This document shows, piece after piece, positions 18,586 to 28,680 of a stretch of 42,472 nt of DNA; the stretch's first letter is position 1, and each line of letters begins with the position of its first letter. A model generated the notes under the pieces. The model ran no database searches, was not told the DNA's origin, and saw nothing but the letters and a program-made list of their open reading frames with translations. The translations under genes were made by a program, and so were the position numbers. The DNA is from Promethearchaeota archaeon (GTDB taxonomy: Archaea > Asgardarchaeota > Lokiarchaeia > Sigyniarchaeales > SOKP01), in assembly GCA_048938445.1 (NCBI GenBank), contig JBHLME010000025.1:1-42472 (forward strand), written 5' to 3'.

Positions 18586-18918
18586 AACAAGTCATAATTT
18601 ATTGTAGAATTTAAATGTTTAAGATATTTACCTTTATAACTATTTATAATCAACTGGAATTTTCTTTTTAAAACTAAAATTTATCCAAATTATCCACTTT
18701 GAGGATATAATAAATAAATTGGAATAGATTTGTTCTAAAATTAGTCAAAAATAATTTTAAATTTAAGAATATTAAGTCTCATTTATATAGTTTTTTTGTA
18801 AAAAATCATTCCATATTGTTTTATATATCATAAATTTGTTGTATTAATTAAGAATTAATAATTGTTTTTCAATTATTATTCTTTTTAGACAGAAAAAATA
18901 AGTAAGGAGGGCGAAAAA

Positions 18919-20454
18919 ATGACAGAAAATGTTATTATGATAGATAGTAGTGAATTTGGGTTAGGAAATGCAATCGAAAAAGGAAAGAGAATATTATTTG
19001 GAAAAACCAATTCATATAATATATCAGTCTTTAATGAAAATAAAACAGCTTTGAACTGCCTAGAAAATCTTGTTTTCGAAAATAAAGAGGTTTGTGCTTT
19101 AATAAAGTATTACGATTCAACTTTAACTAATTACAATGGAATGAATATCATCCGTGAAGTAAAAAGAAAGTATCCTAAAATAAGAACGATTCTTATATAT
19201 TCAAATAAGCAAGAGGAAAAAAAAATATTCAAAAATAAGGAATGGATTGATGATAGCTTTTATATAAATGAACATGATTACTTTAAATCAATTGATTCTA
19301 TATTTAACCAATGTTTTAATAATATTAAAATAACTGATGAAATTGAAAGACAGTCTTTGCTTGGAAAAAATATTCTAATTACAGGAGTCACAGGATTTAT
19401 TGGTGGGAGATTTTTCAGAGAATTATTAAAAAATGAATCGCTAAAGTTATATCTCCTTGGTAGATCAAAGCGTGGGAGAAATTTTGAAGATAGAGTTGGA
19501 ATCAACAATGAGAGAGTTATATATATTGAAGGAGATTTAAAAAATTCGAAGATTGTAAATAAAAAAAAACATCTTAATTTGTTGAAAAATAATATTGAGG
19601 AGATTTGGCATTTTGCAGCAAATACAAAAGTAGAAAGGAAAAATAGAGATGAGATTATGAAAACTAATCTCTTAGGTACCATAAATCTTATAGACTTTGC
19701 AAAAAAAATTAAAAAATTGAAATGTTTTAATTACATCAGTACAGCATATACTTCCGGCGATGCTCATTTTCCTAATGAAGTCAATGAACAAATCAATAAC
19801 GTTATAACTGTATTTAAAAATCCATATGAAGAATCTAAATTTTTAACAGAATGTATTTTAATAAATTCTGGATTACCATATAGAATTTTTAAACCTAGCA
19901 TGGTAATAGGAGATTCTAAAACGGGGGAGTGTGATATTAAAACAATTTACATCGCAGCATTATTGTTATATTTAGTAAAATTGAGATTTGGTAAACAACA
20001 AAATTGTTTTAAAATACCTGGAGATGATAAAACGAGGAAAAATTTAATTCCAATAGATTGTGTTGTTGAAATGATGCTAAAAATTAGGGATTCTGGGAAA
20101 GGTAAAAATCAATGCTTCGCATTAGTTAATCCGAAATGTACAACAGTAGGAACTGTTTTAAATACTGCTGCAAAACTAATAGGTATTAATCTTAATTACG
20201 ATCCTGGCTTAGATAAATCAAGTATTAAAGAAATCGGTGATTACTTCATATACTCACAATTTGAGGATTTTATCCCCTACATGTCCATTTCAGATCCTTG
20301 TTTTTCTATGGAAAACACTCTTAGCATAATAGGTAATTATGAAATTCCAGAACCAAGTGAAGATTTCTTAAATTTTAGTTTGAATTCTTTCTATACTAAT
20401 GTAGTGCCTAAATTACTCAAAAAAGAAAGGTTTAAAAATTTAACTGCTACTTAA
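18919..20454 (+). CDS. Extended SDR (thioester/acyl-CoA reductase-like) with an N-terminal degenerate receiver-like domain
   Basis: ILITGVTGFIGG, HFAA, YISTAY, YEESK (YxxxK), FKPSMVIGDS. The N-terminus contains NGMNIIREVKRKYPKIRTILIYS. AGGAGG upstream. Confidence 0.82.
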   Translation: MTENVIMIDSSEFGLGNAIEKGKRILFGKTNSYNISVFNENKTALNCLENLVFENKEVCALIKYYDSTLTNYNGMNIIREVKRKYPKIRTILIYSNKQEEKKIFKNKEWIDDSFYINEHDYFKSIDSIFNQCFNNIKITDEIERQSLLGKNILITGVTGFIGGRFFRELLKNESLKLYLLGRSKRGRNFEDRVGINNERVIYIEGDLKNSKIVNKKKHLNLLKNNIEEIWHFAANTKVERKNRDEIMKTNLLGTINLIDFAKKIKKLKCFNYISTAYTSGDAHFPNEVNEQINNVITVFKNPYEESKFLTECILINSGLPYRIFKPSMVIGDSKTGECDIKTIYIAALLLYLVKLRFGKQQNCFKIPGDDKTRKNLIPIDCVVEMMLKIRDSGKGKNQCFALVNPKCTTVGTVLNTAAKLIGINLNYDPGLDKSSIKEIGDYFIYSQFEDFIPYMSISDPCFSMENTLSIIGNYEIPEPSEDFLNFSLNSFYTNVVPKLLKKERFKNLTAT

Positions 20455-20647
20455 AGTGAAATTCGGGAAAACCTTAAAATTATTATAAATTTTTTTTTTA
20501 TTTTTCTTATTTAAAACGGTCATTTCTAAACAAGTTAATAATATCTCTAATTTTATATTTTAAATCTGATTTATTATTTAATATTTTAATCATATGATTG
20601 AAAAAACTAAAAAAATTATCAATTAATCAGAATAAAATATCATATTA

Positions 20648-21154
20648 TTAATCTATCTTAATCTTGTTTAATATGTTCTCAAGATAGGTTATTTTATCTT
20701 CTGGAATTATTCTTTCTATTGTATTTGCCAAGGAATATTTAAATGCCCATATTTCAACATTTTTTCCTAATTTAATCACTTTTTTTATCATGGGCAAAAA
20801 ATCACCATCACCAGAGAGAATGACAGCAGTATCGAAAGCATCCTCATAAGCTTTTGCAATAACATCGATAGCAAGCTTGACATCTATTTTCTTTTCAATT
20901 GCTAAATCGTTAGTCCATTTATCGAAGGATGTCTTAACCTTATACCCACTAATATTTTTTAGGTCTTTATACCATTTTTTTTTCTTAGAAGCTAAAGGAT
21001 ACACGACTCCCTCGTATAGCCGTATTTCAATTAAATTCCTTCCCCTTGAAATGACTTCTTTTAATTTATCATAATCCGCTCTAATATTATACTTTATAAA
21101 TCCCTTGAAAATGTTACTATTATCTATAAATATCATAATTCTTTCAGTATACAT
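20648..21154 (-). CDS. NYN domain protein (LabA/DUF88 PIN-like nuclease)
   Basis: MIFIDNSN, EKKIDVKLAID, ILSGDGDFLP and GKNVEIW motifs. Confidence 0.92.
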   Translation of the reverse strand: MYTERIMIFIDNSNIFKGFIKYNIRADYDKLKEVISRGRNLIEIRLYEGVVYPLASKKKKWYKDLKNISGYKVKTSFDKWTNDLAIEKKIDVKLAIDVIAKAYEDAFDTAVILSGDGDFLPMIKKVIKLGKNVEIWAFKYSLANTIERIIPEDKITYLENILNKIKID

Positions 21155-21264
21155 TGTCCTATCTCAGGTAAATCACATCTATTATATTTTATAATAGGTA
21201 ATCCATTATTAATTTAAGATTTGCTTTTAATGTGTTATAAAAAGAAAAAACATAAAAAATAAAA

Positions 21265-21813
21265 TTAGATGGTTATAAACTCATTTAAATTTTTTCTAAT
21301 ATATGCAATTCTCAATTCACTTAGGTTTTCATCAGTTTCATAAAATTTATCATCAAGTTTATTCAGTTTTGCTGATTTATATAATTCAAAATATGCTCTA
21401 GATGTTCCAGTTTCTTTAGTTTTGGAATGAGTTAAAATTTCCTCATTAAATACTTTTAAAACATCCATTACTACCTTTCTTGTCCTGAATGCTTTGATCT
21501 TATTTAGACCGTCAATGAGTTCATTAAGAAATCTACCTTCTGTAATATATAAATATTGATTAAATCCTCCATTATCTATATATTCTTCTAATTTCCATGT
21601 TGTGTATATATATTGAAATCCTTTTGACAAATCCTTGATGATCTCATGGTCATTTTGATTGTTCTTTATCTTTTTGTCGAAAAGATAATCCATTATAGCT
21701 TGTTCTATTTTATCATCAGGAATTTTATTGAGTATTGTTATTGAGAGTTTATCATATTTTTTTCTATTGGTCCAAGTATCCCTTTTTGCAGAAAATTGAT
21801 TAAAATCTGACAT
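21265..21813 (-). CDS. DUF4375/DMP19-like protein
   Basis: LSKGFQYIY..W.LE..IDNGGFNQY, LNKIKA, LNKLDDKFY and YIRKNLNEF pattern. Confidence 0.75.
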   Translation of the reverse strand: MSDFNQFSAKRDTWTNRKKYDKLSITILNKIPDDKIEQAIMDYLFDKKIKNNQNDHEIIKDLSKGFQYIYTTWKLEEYIDNGGFNQYLYITEGRFLNELIDGLNKIKAFRTRKVVMDVLKVFNEEILTHSKTKETGTSRAYFELYKSAKLNKLDDKFYETDENLSELRIAYIRKNLNEFITI

Positions 21814-22015
21814 GTATATTCACAAAATATTATAGTATTTCATTTTATTAATCATTTTTTATTGAAGATGGCTCAAATAATAGAATAAAAATGTTAAATT
21901 ATTAGGTTTTATCTTTTAATCAATTTACGGGATAAATTAAAATATTATTCTTTATTTTTGAGATTAAGAAAAAAGCGTAAATTTTTGTCTCTTTTGTTTT
22001 AAATATAAAAATTTT

Positions 22016-24061
22016 TTATTGATTAGGTTTGAACAATATTTCTATGAGTTGATTGATGCGAGGTACCATTAGTGAGGGATTGGGAAGATCTCCTTCTGCA
22101 AGAAGACAATTTTCAAATAATTGTTCAACAATGAGATCGATTCTTTCATCTTTAGGATCTTTATCATGAAGTTCTATGAGACCCTTAACAATAGGATGTT
22201 CTTGGTTGAATTCCAGTATTTTACGGGGTATCTCAAAATCCTTTCCTGACTGAGTTACTGTCCAATATCTCATTGCTCTTTGCATGCTAGAAGTCATCCC
22301 ACCCGCAGGATTAGCTAAACGACAAGCATTATTATACAAACGATCAGAGATCTTTGTATCTAGTATTTTATCTCCTAACGTGGTTTTTACGTGTTCTAAG
22401 AATTTTTTTATGTTCTCTGGTAGATCTTCTTTATCTTTACCTTCTTTTTCCTTCTCTTTATTTTTTTCTTTAGCATCTTCTTCCTCTTTCTCTTCTGAAA
22501 CATCAACTGGGGTGAACCTGTAATATTTAAATTCAGCATCCTCGCCCTCACCAACTTTTTCCTTGTAATCACGAATATTCATCATTAAGAAGTTATCAAT
22601 AGGTTCATCGAAAAGAATAACCTCAAAATCATTCTCGTGATAATACCCTAAATGTGGAGACATCCTCATGGTGTTTAAATTTTCTCCGACCAAATAATAA
22701 ATTTTCTCTTGACCTTCTTTCTTATCCTTTATATATTGTTCCAAGCTTCTATATTCATCATCTTCCGTTTTAGTTGTTTTAACTCGAAGATATTTGAGCA
22801 GTTTATCTGATTTAATAGGATCAGTTACAATCCCCTCTTTGATATAAAATCCATACGCTTCCCATATTTTTTTATATTTTTCAGGATCATTTTCAATGAT
22901 ATCATCCAATTCTCGGAAAAACTTCTTCACCAAGAGTTTCTCAATCTTCATCATTATTCTATTAACTTGTATTGTATCCCTGCTAATATTTAGTGGGATA
23001 TCATCTGAATCCACCACACCTGTAACAAATCTCATCCAGTTTGGTATGAGGTCATTACAATTTTTCATTATCATGACGTTCTTGGAATAAAGAGTCAATC
23101 CATAATCATCTTCAGGTCTGATAATCGGTACAGAAGTTGCTTCAGGTATGAACATTATAGAGTGGAATTGAACTTGCCCATCGACTTTATAGTTGATGAC
23201 ATGAGTAAAATCATCATAGCGATTGGAGATGTAATGATAAAAATTTTTATAATCCTCGTCATTGATTTCATTTTGATCTTTTTTCCATAAAGGTTCCAAT
23301 TCATTTACTGGTAGGGGTCCTTTCTCTTCTTCTTTTTCTAGCTCCACGTCTTTTTTTTCCTTACTTGCTTCCTTTTTCCTTTTTTCTTCTTCTTTCTTTT
23401 CCTCTTCCGTTTTTATTCTTGTTACGTAAATTGGGAATGAAACATAATTTGAATATTTTTTAACAATAGATTCAATACGAAATTGTTCTAAATATTCTTT
23501 TTCATCCTCCTTTAAATAAAGAATTACTTCTGTACCTCTATCAGTTTTTTCTGCAGATTCAATAGAAAATTCTCCAGTTCCCTCAGACACCCATTGATAT
23601 GCTACTTCTTCCTTTAAATAAGATTTAGAAATAACCTTTACATTTTTTGCAACCATGAAGATCGAGTAAAATCCAACACCAAATTGACCAATTATATCTA
23701 AATCAACATCTTTTTTATCCATTTTTTGAGAAATAGTTAAATGCTCCAAGAATTTTTGCGAACCACTCCCTGCAATAGTACCTAAATTCGTGATCAATTC
23801 GTCCTTAGACATTCCAATTCCCGTATCCTTTACCGTGAGGGTGTTTTCTTCAGGATTTAATACAATTTCAATCTTTAGCTCTTCATTTGGGCCCTCAATA
23901 TTTTTCTCAGTAAGGGAAATAAAATGAATTTTCTTAAGAGCGTCAACTGAATTGCTAATTAACTCCCTAAGAAAGACTTCCCTGTGCTGGTACAAGGATT
24001 TGCTTAGGATGTCTAATAATTTCTTAATTTCAGCTTTAAACTCATATTTATTTCCAGTCAT
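22016..24061 (-). CDS. htpG: Hsp90 family chaperone HtpG
   Basis: FLRELISNSVDAL, DTGIGM, NLGTIAGSG, IGQFGVGFYS, GVVDSDDIPLNISRD and ILEFNQEHP. Confidence 0.96.
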   Translation of the reverse strand: MTGNKYEFKAEIKKLLDILSKSLYQHREVFLRELISNSVDALKKIHFISLTEKNIEGPNEELKIEIVLNPEENTLTVKDTGIGMSKDELITNLGTIAGSGSQKFLEHLTISQKMDKKDVDLDIIGQFGVGFYSIFMVAKNVKVISKSYLKEEVAYQWVSEGTGEFSIESAEKTDRGTEVILYLKEDEKEYLEQFRIESIVKKYSNYVSFPIYVTRIKTEEEKKEEEKRKKEASKEKKDVELEKEEEKGPLPVNELEPLWKKDQNEINDEDYKNFYHYISNRYDDFTHVINYKVDGQVQFHSIMFIPEATSVPIIRPEDDYGLTLYSKNVMIMKNCNDLIPNWMRFVTGVVDSDDIPLNISRDTIQVNRIMMKIEKLLVKKFFRELDDIIENDPEKYKKIWEAYGFYIKEGIVTDPIKSDKLLKYLRVKTTKTEDDEYRSLEQYIKDKKEGQEKIYYLVGENLNTMRMSPHLGYYHENDFEVILFDEPIDNFLMMNIRDYKEKVGEGEDAEFKYYRFTPVDVSEEKEEEDAKEKNKEKEKEGKDKEDLPENIKKFLEHVKTTLGDKILDTKISDRLYNNACRLANPAGGMTSSMQRAMRYWTVTQSGKDFEIPRKILEFNQEHPIVKGLIELHDKDPKDERIDLIVEQLFENCLLAEGDLPNPSLMVPRINQLIEILFKPNQ

Positions 24062-24158
24062 ATGTAAAAAAATTTATTCAAGTATTAAAAATTATATGTT
24101 TCAATAGAATTAGTGATTATTTTGCATCTATCTAAGTTTTTTATCAAAAAGTTATTGA

Positions 24159-25415
24159 TTAAAACTCTTCATTTTTGATTTTTGAAGGTATCTTTTTAAC
24201 ATCTTTAGCTAATTTATATGCAAGTTGTTCCCCTTTATCGCATTCTTCTGGTGTAGGATGGCCTCTGAAAGTAATTGATTCATAAATATCCCAGTTCATG
24301 TTTTCAGAGAGCTTGTCAAAGTCCTTTTGCGCACCTCCACTCCATCCATAGGATCCGAAATAAAGAACTTTTTTATATTTTACACTTTTTTTCCTTAATA
24401 GTTCCATTAAATATTTCATCGGAGGAAACATGCTATATTCATATGTTGGGCATCCAATTATGAGCCCCGCGGATCTATAAGCATCTGAAAGGATGAAAGA
24501 AGGATCTTCATTAGGAACACGATGAACATGAACGGGAACTCCTTCATTAGCAATCCCTTTAAGGATAGCATTCAACATAACCTCTGTATTTCCATACATG
24601 CTACCCCAAACCAGGCAGATTTCTGGCTCTCCAAAATCTTTATTATAATTAGAATAACGAATATATTTATTTATTATTGCTTCAGGTGATCCTCGCCATA
24701 CTAATCCATGAGACGGTGCAATGATTTTCGTATCAAAATGCTTCAATTCATCGATAGCCTTGAGAACACTCGATGAAAACATGCTGATTATGTTCGCGTA
24801 GTATCTCAAGGTCTCTTCTTCCCAATATGGCTTGTTTATTTCAGGTGTTTCATCATCAAAGATACTTCCTTGATGAACCCCAAATGCTCCAAATGCATCT
24901 CCCGTAAATAGCACCTTTGACTCTACTTCATACGTAGCCATGGTCTCAGGCCAATGGACATTGGGAATTTCCGTAAAAATAAATTTCTTTCCTTTTCCTA
25001 AATCTAATTCATCACCGGTCTTCACTTCAATGATATTCTCTGTTATGTTATAAAAACCCTCCAAGAGTTTAGCTCCTTTTTCAGTTGTTACAAATTTAGC
25101 TTTAGGAGCAATTGACTTTGATAAATAAGCAAGCCCCGTATGATCTGGTTCAAGATGATTAAGAATTACATAATCTATATCATCTGGAGAAACTTCCATT
25201 GAATTTAAATTTTCCATGAGAATATGGGACGCACCACCCCATTCTCGCACTAATTCAACAATAGCTATCTTTTCACCTTTTACAACATAAGAATTTAATG
25301 CAACCCCATAAGGAATGGGCCATATTCCTTCGAATAAATCTTCTGTATGAACATTAGCACCAATCCAGTAAACTTCTTTACCTATTTTAATTGCTTTCAC
25401 GATTTTCACTATCAA
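24159..25415 (-). CDS. fprA: Flavodiiron protein (FprA/A-type flavoprotein, O2/NO reductase)
   Basis: Metallo-beta-lactamase motifs HLEPDH, HWPE, GDAFG and PSHG. Flavodoxin motifs SMYGNT and FGSYGWSGG. The start could be a downstream GTG. Confidence 0.93.
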   Translation of the reverse strand: MIVKIVKAIKIGKEVYWIGANVHTEDLFEGIWPIPYGVALNSYVVKGEKIAIVELVREWGGASHILMENLNSMEVSPDDIDYVILNHLEPDHTGLAYLSKSIAPKAKFVTTEKGAKLLEGFYNITENIIEVKTGDELDLGKGKKFIFTEIPNVHWPETMATYEVESKVLFTGDAFGAFGVHQGSIFDDETPEINKPYWEEETLRYYANIISMFSSSVLKAIDELKHFDTKIIAPSHGLVWRGSPEAIINKYIRYSNYNKDFGEPEICLVWGSMYGNTEVMLNAILKGIANEGVPVHVHRVPNEDPSFILSDAYRSAGLIIGCPTYEYSMFPPMKYLMELLRKKSVKYKKVLYFGSYGWSGGAQKDFDKLSENMNWDIYESITFRGHPTPEECDKGEQLAYKLAKDVKKIPSKIKNEEF

Positions 25416-25694
25416 TTAGATTTTTTTTATATTATAAAGGATAAGGAATGCTCTTTAATAAGGATAGGACCTAGTATCTATAATTTTAATTATTATATTA
25501 ACATCATGTTTTTTTCCCTTTTCTTATTGATTTCGTTAGGATGAAATAAATTATTCTATTGAACCTATATCTCAGAACTATATTTATAATTATTTTTTTA
25601 AGTGATAATATTATTAATATTAAAGTTAAAATTTAATTTGTAAATGTACTACAATTAAATTGCATTGAAATTTTAAATAAATTAGGTGATATAT

Positions 25695-28670
25695 GTGGGT
25701 AATTTCATGTTTAAATTAGTATTAAAATTAGCAAAATGGAAATTAAAAAAGCCAGAATTTAAAAAAGAAATTTATAATGAAGAAACTGGTCATGTATGGA
25801 ACGCTCGAATTCATTTTACCACTGAAGATGGTAAAGATAATTTGTATGTCATTTTTGAGAACGGAAACATGGAAATTGGAAGCAAACCTTTAGAAGATCC
25901 AACTATTAAACTTATATTTAAAAATTCTAAGGTTTTATCAAAAATTTATCGTATATCACCTCAAGATACCATGGTTTTATTGCTTAATAATCATTTTAGA
26001 TACAAAGGAAACCTAACCGATATTGCACGATTTTCTTTCCTAACCGGCTCTCTCCTTCAAGGTCGTAAGAGAAAATTCCAGAAAAGGCAAGCAAAGAAAG
26101 TAAAGAAAAATTTATTATCATATGATGAGTTTCTTGACTGGGATAATGGCTCTTTAAAGTATAGACCAATAAAAAGTAAATTATTGAACCAAAAGGTTGA
26201 TAATGTTAAATTCTTAGAGGATCCTTATTTAGGGAAATATAAAATTCAAGATTTTAAGCGTATTAATTATTTAAAATATAGACACTTTCAAACTCCGGGA
26301 ACTGTTTGTACTGAGAGAGCTAAATTACTTACTGATTTTTTCAGAAAAAATGGGTTTTTAAAGGAAGATGGCAATGAGGATCATCCTGGATTAAGACAAG
26401 GAAAAATGATAAACCACGTTTTATCTAATAAAAAACCTATTATTCAAGATTATGATTTACTTGCCGGTACGACTACAACTAAAGAAAAAGGCGTGCTTTT
26501 ATATCCAGATACTGGCGCTGTTGCTCTTTGGCCAGAATTATACACAATAGACAACCGAGATTTAAATCCTTATGAAATTAGCCAAGAAGGTATAGATATT
26601 TTAAATTACGAGGTATTTCCATACTGGTCAGATAGGAACATTAGAGAATATTGCAGGACTATGACGGGGAATCCTCTTTCTCAACAGCTTGATGAAGTGT
26701 GGATATTGTATTTTATGTGGAAGACCCAAACTATCTCACACACAATTCCAGGATTTCCATCGGTTTTAGAATCTGGTTTAGAAAAAACTATGAATGAGGT
26801 TATTAACAAAAAAAATTCAACATCAGATAAAAAGAAGCAAGACTTTTACGAGGGACTTAGATTAGCTATACAAGGTGTCATTAATTATGCAACTAATTTG
26901 AGTAAAGAGGCTCAAAAGTTAGCCGATTCTATTGATATTAATAAATCTTCGGATTCTCAAAAACAGAGGAAAAAAGAATTAGAGAATCTTTCAAGAATTT
27001 GTGCTAAAGTTCCAGCTAAACCAGCAGATTCATTTGAAGAAGCAATTAATTCTATTTGGATCACGTGGATCGCGCTCCACCACGAAAGCATGAACGCGGG
27101 TTTATCTTTAGGTAGATTAGACCAATGGCTCCAACCTTATTTTGAAGCAGACATGCAAAAAGCTACATCAGAACAAGAAAAAGAAGCAGTGATTAGAAAA
27201 ACAATTGAATTAATGGGATGTTTTTTCTTAAGAACTGGAGATCACTTACCATTAGTTCCAGATATAGGAAATTATTTATTTGGTGGAAGTTCTTCTGATC
27301 AAGCGTTAACTGTTGGGGGTGTCGATGAAAATGGGGAAAATGCCGTGAATGATATGACATATATCATTCTTAAAGTAACTGAAATGCTCTGTCTTCGAGA
27401 CCCTAATATGAATGCCCGTTATCACCCAGAAAAAAACTCAAAAGAATACTTGGACCGATTGTGTGAAGTTAACATCAATACAGCCGCAACACCTTCAATA
27501 CATAATGATAAGCAAGTGATAAAAGCATTAACTATTCAAGGGATCCCTATTGAACATGCACGAACATGGGCGGCAACTGGTTGCGTTGAACCGACAATTT
27601 GTGGAAAACATTTTGGTCATACTAATTGTATGATGTTAAACTCTGTAGCTGCTTTAGAAATGACTTTAAATGATGGATGTCACCCTGTTATTAGTAATAC
27701 ATGGCAAGTTGGTCCAAGCACAGGAAGACTAAACGAATTTAAAACGTATCAAGATTTTTTAAATGCTTATAAAACTCAATTACACTTTCTAATTGATAAT
27801 TCTGTTGAGTACAATAACAACTTAGGAAGAACACATCAAATACTTCATCCTACACCCCTATTAAGCTCTTTAATTGAAGGTCCACTGGATAAAGGTAAAG
27901 ATTTAGTAGATGGAGCTGCTGTATATAATACATCGGGAGTGGCAATAGTAGGTTTAACAGACGTAATTGATAGCCTTAAGGTAATTAAAGATTTAGTGTA
28001 TGATAGAAAAATTATTGATTTTCCAACTTTTAACGATGTAATAAAAGTAAATTTCGAGACAAAATTAGGAAATGATATATACAAAGAAATTGAGAAGCTT
28101 GAATTGTTTGGTTCTGATGATGCTGAATCTAATGAAATTGGAAAGGATTTAGTTAATTTCATATATGAGGATTTCTTATCGTATCAAAATTATAGAGGTG
28201 GAAGATATATGGCCGGTTTTTGGAGCATGAGCAACCATGTTGCGTTTGGAACACTTTCAGGAGCACTTCCTAATGGTAGAAAAGCGTTTAAATCTTTTAC
28301 TCCGGGTTTAACGCCGGCACCTGGAAGAAAGGATCAATTAATTCAAAATATTCATTCTGTTGCATCCTTAGATTCGTTAAAAATGCCTAATAATTTAGCT
28401 TTTAATGTAAAACTTGTACCAAATAGTTCTGACTCTCATGATGAAACTCTCAATTACTTTAATAGCTATGTAAAAAGTTATTGCGATTTAGGTGGCATGC
28501 AAATTCAATTTAACGTGATTACATCAGATTTACTTAGAGATGCGATGAATCATCCTGAGGATTATGGCTGGTTAATTGTTCGAATAAGCGGGTATAACGC
28601 ATATTTCACAGATTTGAATCGAGACATGCAATTAGAGCTTATTGAAAGACACGAGTTCGTTTCCCATTAG
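25695..28670 (+). CDS. Glycyl radical enzyme (eliminase-type) with N-terminal SCP2-like domain
   Basis: Cys loop TGCVEP, Gly loop VRISGY, LSLGRLDQ. The first ~120 aa resemble SCP2. The likely start is GTG 25695, 5 nt after GGTGA (the track gives 25686). Confidence 0.9.
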   Translation: MGNFMFKLVLKLAKWKLKKPEFKKEIYNEETGHVWNARIHFTTEDGKDNLYVIFENGNMEIGSKPLEDPTIKLIFKNSKVLSKIYRISPQDTMVLLLNNHFRYKGNLTDIARFSFLTGSLLQGRKRKFQKRQAKKVKKNLLSYDEFLDWDNGSLKYRPIKSKLLNQKVDNVKFLEDPYLGKYKIQDFKRINYLKYRHFQTPGTVCTERAKLLTDFFRKNGFLKEDGNEDHPGLRQGKMINHVLSNKKPIIQDYDLLAGTTTTKEKGVLLYPDTGAVALWPELYTIDNRDLNPYEISQEGIDILNYEVFPYWSDRNIREYCRTMTGNPLSQQLDEVWILYFMWKTQTISHTIPGFPSVLESGLEKTMNEVINKKNSTSDKKKQDFYEGLRLAIQGVINYATNLSKEAQKLADSIDINKSSDSQKQRKKELENLSRICAKVPAKPADSFEEAINSIWITWIALHHESMNAGLSLGRLDQWLQPYFEADMQKATSEQEKEAVIRKTIELMGCFFLRTGDHLPLVPDIGNYLFGGSSSDQALTVGGVDENGENAVNDMTYIILKVTEMLCLRDPNMNARYHPEKNSKEYLDRLCEVNINTAATPSIHNDKQVIKALTIQGIPIEHARTWAATGCVEPTICGKHFGHTNCMMLNSVAALEMTLNDGCHPVISNTWQVGPSTGRLNEFKTYQDFLNAYKTQLHFLIDNSVEYNNNLGRTHQILHPTPLLSSLIEGPLDKGKDLVDGAAVYNTSGVAIVGLTDVIDSLKVIKDLVYDRKIIDFPTFNDVIKVNFETKLGNDIYKEIEKLELFGSDDAESNEIGKDLVNFIYEDFLSYQNYRGGRYMAGFWSMSNHVAFGTLSGALPNGRKAFKSFTPGLTPAPGRKDQLIQNIHSVASLDSLKMPNNLAFNVKLVPNSSDSHDETLNYFNSYVKSYCDLGGMQIQFNVITSDLLRDAMNHPEDYGWLIVRISGYNAYFTDLNRDMQLELIERHEFVSH

Positions 28671-28680
28671 TATCAAGACG

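Noticed and set aside
22425-23412. Purine-rich repeats within htpG as DNA repeat elements
   Set aside because: Explained by Glu/Lys low-complexity coding sequence.
25695-28670. Pyruvate formate-lyase or alkyl/benzylsuccinate synthase
   Set aside because: The single-Cys GCVEP loop fits eliminases. There is no Cys-Cys pair and no small accessory subunit genes.
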